The translations under genes and the position numbers were made by a program. DNA of 64,000 nucleotides from Thalia democratica (Eukaryota): NCBI GenBank assembly GCA_965202585.1, contig OZ241832.1, positions 37,758,001 through 37,822,000 of the forward strand. Direction: 5' to 3'. This document shows positions 61,401-64,000 of this stretch, in pieces. Within the stretch, counting starts at the first letter, position 1. Each line of letters begins with the position of its first letter. The notes beneath the pieces are model-generated. The model searched no databases and was not told the origin of the DNA. It was given only the letters and a program-made list of their open reading frames with translations.

Positions 61401-64000
61401 TTTATTTAGAACAAATCTTATTTTCAAAATTTTATAAAATTTTCAACTACAAATTAAATGATAACTTTGTAATAACTAAAAATAAAACCTCATTACATCA
61501 CAGGTAGTATAACTTAAAATGCTACAAACAAAAAAGTTAAGCAAATTAATCATTTAAAACCTTGGGAAAAGCAGTCGCTTCTTTTCCAGGTAGCCAGTGA
61601 GAGACTTCTGACACATTTCGAGTTGTTCTAGCAGGTGCGGGAGCAGTTGGGCGAGAGTGTCGTCTCCCATGCAGCACTGCACCACGTTGGTGGTCTCGTG
61701 TGCCTTCTGCATTATCTTCTGCCATGACTTGTCGATGTTACTGAACCTTTTCGCTTCCTACGGTAGTTTGTTTTTTAAATTTTAAAGTAGTTAGAGTAAA
61801 AAGTAAGTTTTAGAACTAAAAACTATGGTAGATAACTTTTTGTAGACAGTTTAAATGACAGAACACTGATTATTATTTTTCTTACTTGAGGTAGTTGCTT
61901 AGCAATGTCGCCACCGACAAAAACGGCTTCCAAGTAAACCCACAAGTTCTGAACCGTCATCCAGTTCTCGATAATTTCGGTCGTTCCAGACAGCTTGAGC
62001 ACCCAGCCTTGTATTTGGGTTTTAAATGGCACGTTGTATCTTTAAAATAGCAATTACATTATTCAACTCAAAATTAAGGTACAAAATCTGTTTTGATACC
62101 AAAACTTGTTAACTTTGTTATTTAACTTTGTTAAAAGTGTAACAAACTATTTGAAAGTATCTTTTTATACCAACCTATTACTCATCAAAGAGGCAAGAAC
62201 CATCAGAGAGTCTTCCATAAGCGCAATAATTTCCTGGATGTCAGCTCCTTTCAGTAAAAGCTCACCTCTTGCTTTGAATGTGCTGTTAACACATAAAATA
62301 AAACTTTATAATTTTAATTCTAGTATAATTAAACACTCATTTAGATCTTACTTATTTAAAAAATGCCCCAGTTTTTAAGTATAAAATGCTACAGCTACCT
62401 TATATATGTATTTTACATTACGAATTTGAATATTTTGTTATTGATATTGGTTGATTGAAACTAAAACTTACGAAAAAGTGAAAATTTGAACACTCCAATC
62501 CGCAATTACTTGTTTCAATTTGGCTTCGATGTCACGCTCTTTCGTTGCACTTATACAAATATCCTACAAAATAAAAAAAATATCTTATTTATTTAAAAAG
62601 TTCAAAAAATAAATTCATACCTCTGTTTTTCAAATAATTTATTTTCAATAAATACAGTACTAATAATTTAGTAGAATGGAAAAGTTTTAAATATTATTTT
62701 TTTGAGAAAATAGTTACGGTTAGATTAGTTGGTTTCCTGATAAAAGCCTTTAGTTTTTAAAGTAATACACAAACTAAAATAACCTCAATATCTTCTTTGT
62801 TTTGCAGAAGTGGAGCCTCCATGATGTTTCGAAGTTGGAAGTTATCGTTCTCCACGTCAAAGTTGTGACTCGTCACGTTTGCTATACGCTCCCAATGCCT
62901 TTTCATCATCGACTATAACACGTAGGTTAGTTTTAAATTTGTAGCAGCACAAATAATTTAATAGTGCAAATATTTAAAATTACAGCAACATTATATTCGA
63001 TTCTATCTATATTTGAAACTATATAAAACTTTGAAATTCAAAAATTTATTTTGTAAAAACTGCTGTAAAAGATCACTTCAAACAAAGTAGCAATAATAAA
63101 AATGTTCAAGTATATCATCGACCATTGTTAAATATTTATTTAATTTTTAAGTAGAAGCTTAAAATAAGATAATTATAGCTTCAAATTAATAAAATAAACC
63201 ATACTTTGTTAGCCATAAGCTCTAACAATGGACAGCATTCGTTGAAATCGTCTATTTTCTTTTTGAGGTCTAAGAAAGCCTGCCATTCCTTCAGTCCTTT
63301 TGGAAGTTTTCGGCATCTGGTTTTAAAACATTCTTATTTAAAGTTGTATATGTATAGTCAGAGTGATTTTTATTATACAAGAATAAGACAAAAAAGTTAA
63401 AATTAAAGTAGTCAAATTCAGAAATTTCTGAAACACACACTCTACAATTTAAGTTAAAATTGTTCATAAATAATTAATTCACAAAAAAGGTTTAGAAAGA
63501 CTCTCAATTTCTTAGTAAAAAAATAGTTTTATCAAGTTACTTGTTTTGGAAGTCAAGCAGTTCATTGTTGATCTGTTCAATGTCCAGTTCTGACCACAAG
63601 ATGTCGTAGTAACCATCAACGCTTTCTATCACGCTGTTGTAGAGACCATAAAGCTTTTGGAGCAGTACAAGTTCGCGCTTGATTCGTTGAAGGTCGGGAT
63701 ATTCTGCAAAAGTTTAAAATAAAATAAATAATTTGTTTACTTCTTATACAAACATACAAATTTCAACAATCATCAGTGAATAATTTTAACACTGAACTAA
63801 CAATGGATTAAAACTAATAAAAAGTAGTAATTATAATCTGAAACACAAGTCCTAAAATATTGTTCACCAGTGACAGTGAGTCCGAAGAGCGTTTCTCCTC
63901 CAGAGTAAGTTTGAAACTTTCTCCAAAGCTCGTCGAATCTTCCTTGGAATATCTGCAGTCTGTCGCTCGCTTCTTGCGGTGGGATCCCTTGCAAGTTTGG
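40460..64000 (-). CDS. DNAH5/8: Axonemal outer-arm dynein heavy chain (DNAH5/DNAH8 type), 3' part, about 62 exons; 5' end beyond the window
   Basis: Spliced translation follows DNAH5 from PQEASDRL through AAA1 (GPAGTGKT), AAA2 (GPSGAGKT), AAA3 (GEQGTAKT), AAA4 (GVGGSGKQ), stalk, AAA5/6 and the C-terminus ([17 protein letters not shown] at 40462-40460). All 61 junctions traced are GT..AG and keep frame. The paralogue cannot be resolved without a tree. Confidence 0.97.
48661..48747 (-). repeat. Family A repeat remnant in a dynein intron
   Basis: AAAGCGCTCAAAAAATTTGGTC...GGTGTACGAAAAAACC...GAGTAGTACACCACAAA aligns with 16-92. Confidence 0.6.

Noticed and set aside
40460-64000. Non-canonical introns or a reassigned stop codon
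   Set aside because: All 61 traced dynein introns are GT-AG and no in-frame stop was met in the spliced frame. TAA, TAG and TGA all end genes in this window, so the TAA at 21675 is not a code change.

Overview
AT-rich eukaryotic (metazoan) genomic DNA with spliceosomal introns. No rRNA, tRNA or CRISPR array was seen. The gene style (intronless orphan 7TM and kelch genes, acceptor-like AGs just upstream of ATGs) suggests a tunicate, but that is inference. The right third (40460-64000, minus) is the 3' part of an outer-arm axonemal dynein heavy chain of the DNAH5/DNAH8 type, with about 62 exons traced by hand, all GT-AG. The left two-thirds holds a broken kelch gene, an orphan 7TM gene, a Ly6/uPAR GPI protein and a rolling-stone-like membrane gene with an in-frame TAA. 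It also holds a type II TM-sushi x4-C-type lectin gene, a PH-like gene and two small spliced genes absent from the ORF track. Mobile DNA comprises a Tc1/pogo MITE, a decayed hAT, several inverted-repeat elements and a Gypsy RNaseH-integrase segment between identical 260-bp LTR-like repeats. A Penelope-like relic region (11.1-14.3 kb) carries hammerhead-ribozyme motifs. The best leads are the hammerhead/Penelope cluster, the PBS-less LTR unit with an internal poly(A), the reversed-selectin lectin, the hidden secreted Cys protein, the T-rich 5' splice sites and the exon-level GC mosaic.
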